DNA of 63,873 nt, counting the filler, from Octopus bimaculoides (lineage: Eukaryota): NCBI RefSeq assembly GCF_001194135.2. It is 8 parts of 7 records of this genome, joined end to end, with 100 filler letters (N's around TTAATTAATTAA, not from the genome) between each part and the next. Parts side by side here need not be neighbours in the genome. Positions count along the whole stretch, not along the records: positions 1 to 10,749 come from NC_068983.1; positions 10,850 to 27,348 come from NC_068982.1; 6 more parts are not named here. One strand, written 5' to 3'. The position numbers and the translations under genes are program-made. Position 1 is the stretch's first letter; the number at the start of each line of letters is the position of its first letter. This document shows positions 1-13,607 of this stretch, one piece after another. The notes under the pieces are model-generated. The model was given only the letters and a program-made list of their open reading frames with translations. It had not been told where the DNA came from and ran no database searches.

Positions 1-23
1 ATATATATATATATATAGATATA

Positions 24-438
24 GGCGCAGGAGTGGCTGTGTGGTAAGTAACTTGCTTACCAACTACATGGTTCTGGGTTCAGTCCCACTACGTGGCACC
101 TTGGTCAAGTGTCTTCTACTATGGCTTCGGGCTGACCAAAGCCTTGTGAGTGGATTTGGTAGACGGAAACTGAAAGAAGCCCATCATATATGTGTATATA
201 TATATATGTGTGTGTATGTGTGTGTGTGTTTGTGTTTCTGTGTTTGTCCCCCAACATCGCTTGACAACCGATGCTGGTGTGTTTACGTCCCCTTAACCTA
301 GCGGTTCGGCAAAAGAGAACGATAGAATAAGTACTAGGCTTACAAACAATAAGTCCTGGGGTCGACTTGCTCGACTAAAGGCGGTGCTCCAGCATGGCCG
401 CAGTCAAATGACTGAAACAAGTAAAAGAGAATAAAAGA

Positions 439-441
<3 letters not shown>
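24..441 (+). mobile_element. tRNA-derived SINE family A (head, ccttgg.caagtgtcttctactat core, internal microsatellite, tail)
   Basis: A-box gtggctgtgtggtaag and B-box ggttcagtccc. Homologous full or partial copies at 471-530(-), 27890-27960(-), 30800-31160(+), 41195-41612(-), 44955-45050(-), 52525-52750(-) and 58862-59085(+). Confidence 0.8.
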
Positions 442-472
<31 letters not shown>

Positions 473-1327
473 GATGGGCTTCTTTCAGTTTCCGTCTACC
501 AAATCCACTTACAAGGTTTTGGCTCACAAGGCTAGATGCCACCATGTGTATACATAATACACATTAAGTACATAACATCACCAGCGAGTGAAAAGTACAG
601 GACAAAATACCAAAAGAAGACAACTCGATCATCAGTTATTACTACCCATTTCGTACATTTAACAACAAGACAGGAATATTTCATAAGACAGCGGCATCCA
701 GAAATTTTTAAAATATATAATTTGTGGAGAGTTAGTGCTTCGAACGAACAAACAACACCAGAGTGGACTTACAGAGTAAAACAATGATGAAGCCAAACAT
801 TAAGAGCCGTTAGGCCAAGAAGAATTGTAATGGGTAACGCCTGGGAGAAATTATGAAAAGATATAGAATAAATAGAAGAGAAGGAAATAGTAGAAGAGAA
901 AAAAAGTTTCGAGAGGTGAGAGAAGAGGGAAAGGACGTCCAGCTAGTTGGACGTCACGTCCAGAAAAGATAGAAGCGAGAAAAGAGGCCGATAGCCACGT
1001 GTGATTAACAGGCAGAGTAGAAGGGGGAAAAAGAGAAATGAGGGAAAGAAAGGGGGCCGAGTGAGAGGATGAGGGAAAGAAACAAAGGGAGCGAGGAGAA
1101 GGGAGATGGAACGAAAGATAGTAGGGAGTGAAAGAAAAACAAAAGAGGGAGGGGGAGAAAAGGAAAACAGGGTATCCCGATATTAAGGCAACCGAAGTTT
1201 CGGGCTTTAATAACTATTAATACATGTGATAAGATAGAAAAATTAATCATCCTTATACAAGCTTAGTGTCTCTTCCTTTCGTTTCAGAATAAATAAATTC
1301 AGATTTATAAATTAGATAATTGCTATA

Positions 1328-1415
1328 GACCGAAATACAATTATAACCCTCCACAAAGGAGGCGAAAGTAATATAGATATAGCAAAAAAAGCTTAAAATT
1401 AACCGAGCGCTCGGG
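1328..1415 (+). mobile_element. Possible Tc1/maT transposase N-terminal HTH fragment
   Basis: DRNTIITLHKGGESNIDIAKK..KINR resembles the R..I..LH..G.SN..IAK.L.I N-terminus; short, with no other support. Confidence 0.4.
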
Positions 1416-2055
1416 AACAGAGGGTGTAGATGGTGCACATGCATACCTCTAGAATTTTTAGACGGTACGAAGTCAAGCTTTGAACTCGCTACATACCATT
1501 GCCAGGTTCAGAAAATAGTGTCTAAAAATGATCTCTAAAAGTTCCTTGAGAAGATTTCTTCTCAAAACAAAAACAAAGGACAAAAATGAATTTTTAAAAA
1601 AAATTATGAAGCTGGTTATAAAATTATCAGGGAAATTTATGACCAGCTTCTAAACATCAAAACTATGCTGCAACAACAGTATCAGGAACAAGGACAAATA
1701 CCTCTCTCAATACCTCACTTTCTGTCAGTTTTTTGTAAGTGGTGTCGCTAAAGATTGACCACACGTTTGTATGGACTTTACCGTTTGACCTTATTCTAAA
1801 AGTAAAAGCTCTTTCAAAATTCTTTATCAGTCAGATGGGTTCTTCCATTCAGGTTAATAGGAGCAAAATTATTTATTTTGTCAACGGAACAAAATTATTT
1901 ATATTTAATACTTATTGTTAAATTGCTGGACTTATTTTGGATTATCTATCTGTCCCATGTAAGTTAGAATTTCTCCCTTTTCACCAGGATCTCTCCTTGC
2001 TTCATTGATTTAAGATTATTTTCCGTTTTTTTGTAATTGGCTTTCAGTTCACACG

Positions 2056-2102
<47 letters not shown>

Positions 2103-2169
2103 ACACACACACATGTGCGCATATTTCTTTTAGATAATCTTTTGAATTTTCGAAATATTAGTCTAAATG

Positions 2170-4060
2170 ATTTAAATGTTTGTTCACGAAAAGACTTTGA
2201 AAGAAAATAATTAATTATAAATGATGGCAGACCAACGCCAAAATTACCTAATTTGCAAAGTTCTTCCGAGAAATACGTTCGACAATTTCGAACTAATCTA
2301 TATGAAAAGGAGAAATGGTTAACTGGAAGTGTTAAGCTAAATAACTTATTCTGCTGGCCATACGTATTTAGTTTAGAGAGAACTGTTTGGAGTGATTAAG
2401 GTTACGATGATTTAAATAATCTACATATGACCAAGCTAAAATATGAACGTTCTCTCAAAGACATAAAATCTTTCATAGATCTTAAAACATTTCGAAATAT
2501 TTGCATAGACTTACAATTACATGCCTATAAAAAAAAGACAGGACATACAACAGCATAAGAAGTTAGACGAAGCAGATCCATTCTGCAGTGTATGATCGAT
2601 ACAGTTTTTTTTTTCTCGGTCGCTAGGAATTAACATTTCGGGATCATTTTTAATATAAAGGATCTAATACTCGCGGAAATTATAAAGGACTTTTATATTT
2701 AATCAGCAAATATGACGAAGAATTGGCAAGCCATCTTGATACAGTTTCTGTTTTCTCGAGTCTCTCAAACAGAATTAAAAATGTCCTCATTGATGCAGTT
2801 CAGAATGTTGGATGAAATAAATAGTTAACTGAAACAGGCAAAATTCGTAGCTATTCTTGTAGATGAAACACCCGATGTATCAAAGTATTTACAACTGTCA
2901 ATTGTTTTACATTATGTTACAAAATATTGTATTATTAAAGAACGACTAATCGGTTTTTAATGAGGTTAGTGCAGATCGTTCAGCAAACGTTTTATCTGAA
3001 CATGTTTTTAAATGCATTGAAACGTAGAAATGTGGAAACAAATTAATTGCACTTAACTATGATGGTGTTGCTACAATGGCAGGGCAGATAAATGGATTGC
3101 AGTCAAAGGTATGAGAGAAATATGAATGTGCGACCTTTGCTGATTGTTGTGTTCATGTCCTAAATTTAGTTCTTTCGCAAGCATGCTCTACTATAATAGA
3201 ATGCATGATATTTTTTTCTACAATAAATGGATTGGATAAATTTTTTGTACAAAAGATTTTCAAAAGCTACAGGAACTATATGGAAATATACTTCACGTCT
3301 CGTTCTTACTATAAAAGAAAATTGTAATTTCATAGTCAGCCTTTTTGAAGACATCATTGAAAATCTAGAAGCATGGGATGAAACCACAGTAAATTCTGTT
3401 TTTAGATTCTTACATTATTTAGAGACTTCTGATTTCTTATTTTTATTAGACGTATTTAGTGACATATTTTCTTTAATTGATGTCTTATTTAACATCCTTC
3501 AAACTAAAATCATAACATAGTGTATTGTAAAGAGAAAATAGATAAAACGAGAAAATACTCGAAAATAATCTCTATGATTTTTCAATATTTTATGATATGT
3601 TAGGGGGAAAATATTGAACTGATGCAGCAATCGAAATTAAGGGATCCATGAATAAATTTGTTGATCTCCAACAACATTACAGAATTATTGACACAATAGT
3701 TGACCAATTAAAAACGCGTTACTCAATACTCATCCTTAGAAGAGTTTAAATTTATAGGACTTTTCAATTTCAGCAAAAGTGACGAATATCACAAAAACTT
3801 TCCAGTAGATGCTTTAAATTCTTTAAAAACTACTTATAGTGTTTTTTTTTTTACATAATAAGATTACAGAGTGAACTAAATGTTTTGTATGTTATGCAAG
3901 ATTTTAAAAAGCAAACTGTGAGTAATTTAATGCATTACATTTACATAAGAAATCTGATTGAAGCTTTTTAAAAAATGTTAAACGCATTAAAACAGGGACC
4001 GTCATGAACATGTTACGAAACTAATTTGGTTCTCTTAATTAAATAATTTTTAAAATTAAT
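2170..4060 (+). pseudogene. Decayed hAT transposase (ZMYM1-like family)
   Basis: Frameshifted motifs in order: GRPTPKL, RQFRTNLYEKEKWLTGSVKLNNLFCWP, ELTFRDH, RGNYKGLL, FVAILVDETPDVS (first catalytic D at about 2862), YDGVATMAGQINGLQ (3061), CCVHVLNLVLSQAC, and C-terminal KRIKT. Confidence 0.85.
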
Positions 4061-4076
4061 CTTGTCAACCAATAAG

Positions 4077-4710
4077 TATGAAAGTGAGTTGAAAAGTTCA
4101 TAAGCTATCTATGAAAAGAGTGATGCAAGAAATCTTCCATGCATTCATTTCAACTCTACATGTTAATGATTGCATTGTTCCCTTTCAGGTAAACTGACAT
4201 CTGACTGTTCAAAGAAGACTTCAGATATAACTAGTAGCAACTTCTCTCGAAAATAGATAAAATTTAGCATCGTGGCGTTATCATGTACTTTTATAAAGAA
4301 GCTTTAGTCCTCAAGGGCATTCATGCTGATATGGCTGCTGCATTACAGGATAACGTTCCAGCTTTATCAACAGTACAAAATTGGGCAGCTGAATTTAGGA
4401 AGGAAAGAGAAAGAGTATTGAAGATGATCCAAGGTCTGGCCACCCCACAACTGCCACCACCGAGAAAAATATTGCTCGTCTTCACTACATGTTGACGGAT
4501 AACAGGCGATTGACTATAAACCAAATAGCCAACGTTAGTAGAATATCTTGTGAGAGACTTGAGAATATTCAGCACAATGAACTTGGCATGACATAGGTTC
4601 ATGCTCGATAAGTGCCACGTTTTCTGGCATTGATCAAAAGCACACCAAGCTGATCACATTACGGGAATATCTGACATTATTTAAGGCAGATACATCTAGT
4701 TTCCTTCAGT
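4077..4710 (+). mobile_element. Mariner transposon 5' fragment
   Basis: TA followed by TIR-like tgaaagtgagttgaaaagttcataagct. Degenerate ORF from 4253: IDKI*HRGVIMYF..IHADMAAALQDNVPALSTVQNWAAEFRK..EDDPRSGHPTTATT..RRLTINQIA..LGMT*VHAR*VPRFL (WVPRLL-like motif). Confidence 0.85.
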
Positions 4711-7700
4711 GTATGTATTTGTGTGTCATTAGAACTTCTCGTAGATTGTTTTCGTGTTGCTAGAGACTCCAAGATAATGACGTTTAAGGGTAATATGGAA
4801 TGACCGGAATATCTTCGGATTCGAAGAAATTTAAGAAACATTTTCACTTTGATATCAAGATTATGTGAAAATTACCTCAGACATGAAAGAAATACCTCGG
4901 ATTTTAAAGGAACGTAAAATATAGTGATCTATGTTTGTATTTTTCCTCGTGTATTTAGCGCAAGAATAGATTGAAATACGAATATGTGTGTTCAAATTGC
5001 AAATGAACATTATTATTATGATTTTATATATTGTTCTTGCGGGTGTTTATTGATTTCTTTCTACTGAAAACTGGGACAAAGAAACTCAGACGAACAAGTT
5101 GCTTCGTGTATGTTTTATTGAGCCTGAAGAAATAAAGGACACAATCGACTTTGACAGCGTTTATTCAAAGAAGTATAAAGGCCAAGTTTATTATAGCAAA
5201 TATTTTTGGCTGGCACTGTAATACTTCAGTCAGTTAAATGATCCTAAACTAAACAAGTATTTGGTTTGAAGATTTGCAGGTATTATTTCTAGTAAAGCAA
5301 AAAGACATGTAGAAATACCCTAGTAGGCTGACAGAGTTCTTGTATTTTAGAACACATGGAAATATGAAATGAAAAATCTAAACCAACCGCATTCAAGGAT
5401 TTAGTAAAATTGCTTTAATTAGTGATTGAAAATATGTCGCAGTTTAAACTAGTGAATAGCTTTTATCTTGTTCTATAGTGCTTGTTATATTTCGTTACTA
5501 ATATTGATTTCTAACGAGAAAAATCAAGGCTTTAAATTGATACTATAATCATTTAGATCACCTTACCCTCTAAGCTGGTAATGTTTTATTATAGATGTTT
5601 TACTGTAGATGTGATAGAGATCTTGGTCAGAGAAAGTAACGTAGTATTGCTTTCAAATTTTGGCACAAGGCCAACAAAATCAGTAAAGGGGAAAAGTCAA
5701 TTACACCGACTCCAGTACTCAACTGGTACTTATTTTATCGACTTCGAAAGAATAAACGCTAAAGCCGACCGTGGCTTGGTGGAATTTGAACTCAAAATGT
5801 AATGACGGACGAAATACCGCTAGGCATTTTGCCCGCTCGTCGCCTTAACGTAACGCAATATTGATATTCAAGTAGGGATGCATTGGATTAGCAGAAAAGA
5901 AGAATCATTGGACTAAATACTTGTATGCCCTATGTGCAATCCTTTTGAGAAAGGATTGTACTTTCAAACTCCCAAGTTCGATAAATTATGTACCAAGGTA
6001 TATACCAAGGCGATTCAATCTTTTATACCGTCCCTGAAAATGTGTGCCTATGAAATCAATGTTGTATTAGGCATGCACTGAAAACTAAAACACATTTTGC
6101 AGTAACTTTATAGTTTTCTGCAAATCAATATAGTAACTAGAAATCAATGTTGTTACTCAATAAACTATTGAAGTAACTAATTAAACATTAGGACCTAATT
6201 TCCGTCCTTCAAACAATTTATGACAGCGGATTTAACGTTAAAAGCTGGCTTGGTTAATGGCTTCACATTGGCAGTCTACATAGCACCGTTCTTCTTAGAT
6301 CAATGAGAACAATTTCGTTAATTGCCGATGATGTAACACTAGAAATGATGATCCATTAATATGTTATTTATAGAACGAATCTCTGAAACGTTTATATTTG
6401 AACTACACATAACGAATGATTTCATACTGTAATTGCTGTAAAACCCCTTGTTTCTGAATAGTAACATTGACACCTTAACGATATAACAATGATTCATTAC
6501 ATTATATATTGCTGTGATGTTGGTTCTGCACTTGTATCACACGTATATAAACTTCCACACAATATAGTTCTGCAGAAATAGAATAAATTCTGTGACACCC
6601 ATTCATTGTTGACTGTATAACTACTTGCAATATTCTCGCGTGTACTGTAGTGGTAAAGCAGTTTCTATTTCAGTTGAAATGTCACTGAGAGAAGCAGAAA
6701 TATCACTAGCTCTTATTTAATTATCTCTAACATTTAAGGCCTTTATCATCAAGTCATATAAAAGCGTTTAAAATTATCAATTTCACTGTTGTGAAATATT
6801 TAACAAATATTAATGGTTATTGTTATCAGACAAATTGCTTCCGCTTAAATTTTATTCATATTCTCCAAACTGGTGCTGTTTAGCTCCGGTTAGTCCGCAT
6901 TGTGCAGCCCTATGACCAAAAGTATTCCAGTAGTGACCATGTGATATTTTCCAGTTATAATGTATATTGGACGTCATTGTTCAGTATCTTTCATATTTAG
7001 TTCAACTAGTTACATAAAATTAATTCATTTTTCAGACTACGGGCAACGAATTGAGAGAAATATGGCTGCTATTTCTTGCAAGTCGAAATACCACGTAGGT
7101 GCATCGACAGATTTCAAAACTGACTCACTTAATTTTGTATCTGATATTACTACTCCAGCAGCTCCATGTACGAGTTGATAAAGTATCTAAAAAAATGTAA
7201 ATTTTTCGTGCTCTTCGTCAATGGTTAATAACTGTTGCACATTACGACTCAGGAGAAAAACAGTGTTGCAGTTTTGAACGTGGAACTTATCCTAACCGAG
7301 AGTATGTTCCAATCTGAAGTTTGAATGAACGCGCATTTTACGAGAAATGGACTGCTATTTGTTAAACATGACAAGATTATGTGATTAGAACCAGGGATCG
7401 AATATACAGAAATTAAAATTCAATACGGTATTCAATTCTACGTTGCATATATGAAAGAAAACTTCAGTGAAGTCAGTGTTTCTTTGTCAGTTTATTTTTC
7501 ATACTATAAGGAAACGATAACCGATTATCTACAAGGAATGTTTTGAACTGATATAATGCAAATGGCGTTTCACGGGAACTTTAGGAAGCATTTCAATATT
7601 AGTCGATATCAAACAAAATACAGACTAAATGGGTTTCAGCTTTATGTATTCTGATGAAAGAACATTTCTATATTTTATCATTTCTTAAAGAATTCTATAT

Positions 7701-8629
7701 ATAATGGTGTCTGAGGAGTTACAAAAGAGAGAAACATGGAGTAAAACTGTGAATGCTATTAATAGCATATTTCTTTCACTAATTGCCTTTTTAATGTTAA
7801 AGTATTTAGCTAGTTTCTAACAAATATATCTTTCACTTTGCGCTATAACTGTACGATAACCTTCTTGATAATACAAATTTTTGAAAGGCTAACAAAGAAA
7901 ATTAATGCTGAATTCATTCAAGGTTTTAGTAGTAAATATCTTGTAAATATCTTCATTCAGCAAATATATTTAATGGAAGCAACTCGCGTTTGCTTGTTTG
8001 CTTGTTTTTTTTTTGTTTTGTTTTAACAAAGCTTTTAGCTATTATTGATTAGGCATGTAAACTAAGAAAGATTGTGGGGAAGAGAACAGCAGTAATATTT
8101 CTAATGTTTATGCAACAGCATAGGCACAAGGCCTGGAATGTTTTGTGGGTGAGGTGCCAATAGTTGATAACTTCGAATTCCGTTCTTGACTACAAATTAT
8201 TTTATCGACCCCAGGAGAAAAGATAAAGTTGACCACGGTGAGATTTGAAATAGGATATTAACGTTCCAGAACAAATGTCACAATTCCTTTTTGACCAGTT
8301 TTAACGATTCTACCAATTCATGACCCTTAACTCTGAAATAATAAAAATGTTGATTACAGAAACATGCTTTTAATTATAGTAAAAAGCTTCTAATTGGTTC
8401 GTTTAAATTGCCACCATGATTCATTCATACATTAACTAATTTTTATGAAGATGCAAAGACATGGAGATTTATAACAGATTTTTATATATACAATGAGAAA
8501 AGAAGAGACGTTACACAACAAGGTCAGTTAAAAGTAATTATAATTACACAAAATAATTAGATGAGCATATTAAACACAAATATGATTAAAATAATTTCCT
8601 TTAAAGAAATAAGAAAGGACAGTCGACAC

Positions 8630-9600
8630 ACCGGTTGCTGACAACGTATCCACTTAACTAAATCAAGGCAGTCTATCGTATTGACCACCTTCCATATGCT
8701 TATTATAGAGCCCGAAATATTCCATCCCAAACGTGCCCAGCAGTTTGGGCCTCAAAGTGGGTAGGAAGGGGCCTACACCTTCTGTAACAAAGGTGCATCT
8801 GTGATTAGACTGCTGATATGCTTTTCACTAACACTTAGAGACTTCATTATATTTTTGACCGAACAGATCCATTAGCTTGGATCAACTTTGCCACTCTTAT
8901 CCACATTTTGATAAATTTGATGTGAGGCAGCACTTTATTCTCCACCTTCACTTTCTTATTCAAGTGAAACTCGAAAGAGTTGAAGGCTTAGCCAAAGTGT
9001 AAGGTGTCTCCCTTTCTGTAAGGCCACAAAAGTAATGAAGACAGCAGAACGATCTTCACGGTGGATTCAGGAGAAACCCGAGTTCTTCCTATATGCGACA
9101 GCAAGTATTCAATATCACTTCACAAACCAGCAATGCTCTGCTACTGAGTGAATGTGCGCAGAAGAGTTTCATCGCTCTGTGCGTAATGTTGACGGCACTT
9201 CCATCCCTGTAGAGCTTATTCCAAACCGGCAGTGATCTCCGATAATATTGCTAGGCAGAAGATTTCTCGACATTATCCATGTTCCGGAGCACCAAAGTAC
9301 TCCGGAACAGACCTGCCTTTACCTTTGTCTACATACAGAGCATTGAAGGCTCTTTCCATCTGGGTTTCTATTGCTGCTACTTGGCGTCAAGTCTTACCAT
9401 ACACAGTGATACAGCACCGTCTTCCGTACAGTTGCTTCCAAATTTTCGGCTGGGATTGCGACCTGCGCACCCCTCCCATTCACTTTCGCAGGTTGTCTCG
9501 CCTGTGTCAGGCGTGATTCCCTTTTGTTTGGGGAGAACGAGAAGTATTTCGTCGCCTTCACCGCCATGCCAGCAAAAATTTGCTTGCCCGTAGAATTGTC
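8630..9600 (-). mobile_element. Degraded non-LTR retrotransposon 3' region, L1/Tx1-like
   Basis: Minus frames give RSLPVWNKLYRDGSAV followed by QSDETLL, resembling the LPV.DKLYRHG..CPRC..DET..HA C-terminal zinc knuckle; many stops and frameshifts. Confidence 0.45.
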
Positions 9601-9619
9601 CCTTACCGCTTACTTTGTC

Positions 9620-9768
9620 GTCACCGTTGCTATTGTTGTTGTTGCTGGTACTCTACTGTTGCTACTGCAGTCATTTATTCTGTTCTTGTAGTTGTTGCTA
9701 TTGGAGATGTTTTTGTTTGTTGTTGCTGCTACCGTTGCCATTGTTGTTGCTGTTGTTACTGCTATCAC

Positions 9769-9802
<34 letters not shown>

Positions 9803-9910
9803 ACTTCTGCTGTTGTTTTTGTTGTTAATGATACTGCTGCTGTTGTTGTATTTGATGCTGCTGTCGATTTTGTTATAGATGTTATTGTTGTAATTATTGT
9901 TAGCATTGTT
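9620..9910. repeat. Degenerate (GTT/GCT)n tract
   Basis: Direct inspection. Confidence 0.9.
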
Positions 9911-10440
9911 ATTTTCGCGTATTCTCTTTTTCCCCCTCACTTTTGCTGATGGTAGTCAAACTAATGCCGTTTGAGATTAGGTAAGAGGAATCGCTGCTGT
10001 TCAGTGCCTAAGTCAAATGAATCATTTTCTCTCCCATCACTCCAAAGTGTAATGAGCGTATGTTCTCATATCAACATAGTTTTATACATTAAAATTTTTG
10101 ATGCGTTGCAATTTTTTTTTATGTAAAAGCGATGCCCCTTAGCGACCACACATACTGCTGCCCCTCCGCACGCACTTTATACAAGGAAGTAGGGATCATT
10201 TTAAAACGAAATGTCTCCACTCTATAAAATAATAAACCAAACAAAACAGTTCCAGCAAAAACAAATAACCTTTTACGAGTCGAAACGAAAACCATCTAAC
10301 ATAGAACAACAACAAGAACGATAAAAATAGTAATAATTTTGGTTATTAACATTGTCACCAACATCATCATCATCATCATCTTCACCAAGATCGTCATCAT
10401 CATAATAATAATAATAATAATAATAATTATTATTATTATT

Positions 10441-10749
10441 GTTCAGTAGTTTTATTTTTATAACGTGCTTTCACTTCACTAGCGAGCGCAGCTCTGTGCG
10501 CCTTGGGTATGTGCTGTGGTGTGCTGTGGTGCTCTTATGTTTACTGTATTGAAGGTGTATTGCGTAGAATGTGTGCAGTACCCAGTAGTGCAATTTTCTG
10601 TATGTTATATATATTTGTAAGTCCTGGTGTTTTTGTTATGTTTTTGTCTGAATATTTTTTTATTATATCTAAGGCACCTACTATGATAGGAATTGTTTCT
10701 GTTTTTAGATTCCACATTCGAGTTATCTCTATTTCCAGGTCTTTGTATT
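10441..10749 (-). mobile_element. R4/Dong-clade 3' end, same subfamily as copy C
   Basis: Reverse complement aligns by eye with 20140-20428 with only about a dozen substitutions in about 290 bp; ends in an (ATT)n tract at 10427-10440 and is truncated by an assembly join. Confidence 0.85.
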
Positions 10750-10849
10750 NNNNNNNNNNNNNNNNNNNNNNNNNNNNNNNNNNNNNNNNNNNNTTAATTA
10801 ATTAANNNNNNNNNNNNNNNNNNNNNNNNNNNNNNNNNNNNNNNNNNNN
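10750..10849. other. Assembly join: 44 N + TTAATTAATTAA + 44 N
   Basis: The identical 100-bp construct also occurs at 27349-27448, 31661-31760, 40122-40221, 45893-45992, 53938-54037 and 62558-62657; the 12-mer gives stop codons in all six frames. Confidence 0.95.
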
Positions 10850-10878
10850 ATATATACACATATATATGTATACACACA

Positions 10879-10924
<46 letters not shown>

Positions 10925-12873
10925 TATATATATATATACACATACATATGTATATCATTCTATCTATCTGTCTATGTATAGTTGCACTAACACTATCGAT
11001 ACAGTAGCTAACGATCTTTTTTTTAATGAAATGCAGAATGTTTAGTATTTTTTTTAGTCAAATTTATTTTTCCTTATCCAATTACAACATTCTTTTGTCA
11101 TGATGTGGACATACCCTATTTTAGCTGAACGTTCTCTTCATTAAAGTTTTGAAAAATTGGATGCATTGATTTTTTATAGCATTTTTATATTGATTTATTG
11201 AGTTATCTGTAGTGATATAATGGTTAGAGTTAAGCTCATTAGAAGCAAAATTCCTCGTTAAACATTAACAATTAAATTTGATGATGATTTGTTGAGTCGT
11301 CTGACACCGCTTATTAGCAATATCTTCATTGTTGTAGTTGTGTTGGTGAATCTCCATCGTTCGACGGTGTGGATTCAATTGTTTTATCAACGAAAACTAT
11401 GTGTACCTGTATTAACGTGTAAATGGCTGAGTATTTCATAGACGTGTGTATTCTTAACATAGTAATTCTCAGGTAGATTCAGCCTATAAAAATGTAACCT
11501 AGAATTTTCAACTGCTGATTAGGAAGACCTGAAAATAATCATTAGATTTTAGTTGCTAAGAATATTAAAAAATGGCACAATTTCTGGTGTTCTTCTGTTA
11601 ATAAAATTTCTAAATAATATAATGGTTCACATCTTGGACAGTAAACACTAGATTACATCGATCCTATTACTTAACTCGTGCTGATTTTATCGATCTCTGA
11701 GAAATGAATTGCAATTTTGCACTGATCTTAGATTTAATCAGACGTCTTCCATGATTTCAACCACATTTCACGCTTCATACTGCAACATGATACAACAAAA
11801 AATTGCTCGGGAGCATTTGGGTGGTGGTTAAGCGGAATGTGAAGGCCCTCACCTTCCTTCTAGAGTAGAATCTCTCCAATATTCATGTAATTCCAACGTG
11901 GTCTTTACCACAAGTCTATGCTGATATTCCATATCGTGTTAAACAATCACGTTAGCTTGTTTGTTTCCCTCTGCATTATGCATTCATTTGCTCATAAAAG
12001 TTTTGGTTCTGTGGATCAATAAATGTTAAACATGCTTTGCTTTAAACATACTTTCTTCTTGTGTTGTTTGCTTTCTCTGATTCTTTCTCTTCTCCGGACA
12101 ATTTCTATGTTATCTCTGTTGTCAAAGGACAGTGGGCAAAACTGGGGTGGGAGTGGGGAAAGAAGAATTTGATTTATTGGTACTCGACTAACTGGTGTGC
12201 CAGTAAGCTTTTTGGTTTCTTTTTCATTCGTCAGTTCTTGGTTTTTAGTTAAGGTGATATCTGTTTTTCGGAATCTTCACTGCTAGTACTCAAATAAAAC
12301 AAGTGTTGTGGCTTCTTTTTTTTATTATTATTTCTATATATGTTGCTTACTGTCTGCTTTTCTATATCTTCTCGAATGGAAAGCCTTTAAATGTCCCTCA
12401 CAGTTATACAAGTAGCAGTTAATCTCTCTACCCGGCATCGTTAGTCTTAATTCTTTTATTCCTGCATTTATGACAAAGCACAGTTCTGGAATAATTTTTG
12501 GAAAAAATTAAGACAAAGACTTCCGCGGTTGCTTTGCTTCAGCTAACACATGATTAATTGGATGCCCGGCCATGGCCAGTTAAATGTTGTGAACATATTT
12601 GAGAAGCAAGGGCCAATCTGATTTGCTTAGATGTAATGGGATGGTGATTCTGCTAATGTTAAAATGGCTGCTATTTTTTCAGTTATCTTTTGACACACGA
12701 CAAATGCCCAAACGCAAATGCGGAAGTACGTATAGTAAAATGACTACTAAATAGCACAGGGTAAATCTGAAGGTGGACAAGCTTTATACTGTACTCTACT
12801 ACATTCTTAGCAGAATATACCATTGCTATATATATATATATATATATATATATGAGCGAACACGACACAATGC

Positions 12874-13096
12874 AGTAGAGAAATTTGAAAAGACAACACG
12901 AAACCGGTTATTTCTCAAAATACAATGTTTATATACCAAAAAGATTTTCTAACATTTTTCTAACATTTTTCTAACATTTTTCTGACATAATTTAAATATA
13001 TACTTTAACCAAGTAACACAAGCCTTCTGTAGTTTTTTCACTCCTATTATCTTTTATACATCCAACCACGTGCTTTCACATACCAACTTTCTCACC
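12874..13096 (+). repeat. Unclassified dispersed repeat of about 220 bp, second copy at 33456-33657
   Basis: agtagagaaatttgaaaagacaacacgaaaccggttatttctc...catccaaccacgtgct.tcacatacca.tttctcacc is shared by both loci. Confidence 0.8.
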
Positions 13097-13559
13097 NNNN
13101 NNNNNNNNNNNNNNNNNNNNNNNNNNNNNNNNNNNNNNNNNNNNNNNNNNNNNNNNNNNNNNNNNNNNNNNNNNNNNNNNNNNNNNNNNNNNNNNNNNNN
13201 NNNNNNNNNNNNNNNNNNNNNNNNNNNNNNNNNNNNNNNNNNNNNNNNNNNNNNNNNNNNNNNNNNNNNNNNNNNNNNNNNNNNNNNNNNNNNNNNNNNN
13301 NNNNNNNNNNNNNNNNNNNNNNNNNNNNNNNNNNNNNNNNNNNNNNNNNNNNNNNNNNNNNNNNNNNNNNNNNNNNNNNNNNNNNNNNNNNNNNNNNNNN
13401 NNNNNNNNNNNNNNNNNNNNNNNNNNNNNNNNNNNNNNNNNNNNNNNNNNNNNNNNNNNNNNNNNNNNNNNNNNNNNNNNNNNNNNNNNNNNNNNNNNGA
13501 GTGAAGAACAAATATGTAGTGCGTGTGTTTATTTGGCAACAAAATGACCGTCCCGAAAT

Positions 13560-13607
<48 letters not shown>

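Noticed and set aside
536-830. ORF 536-787 as an integrase or Penelope remnant
   Set aside because: Only vague motif resemblance in broken frames; not enough to assign.
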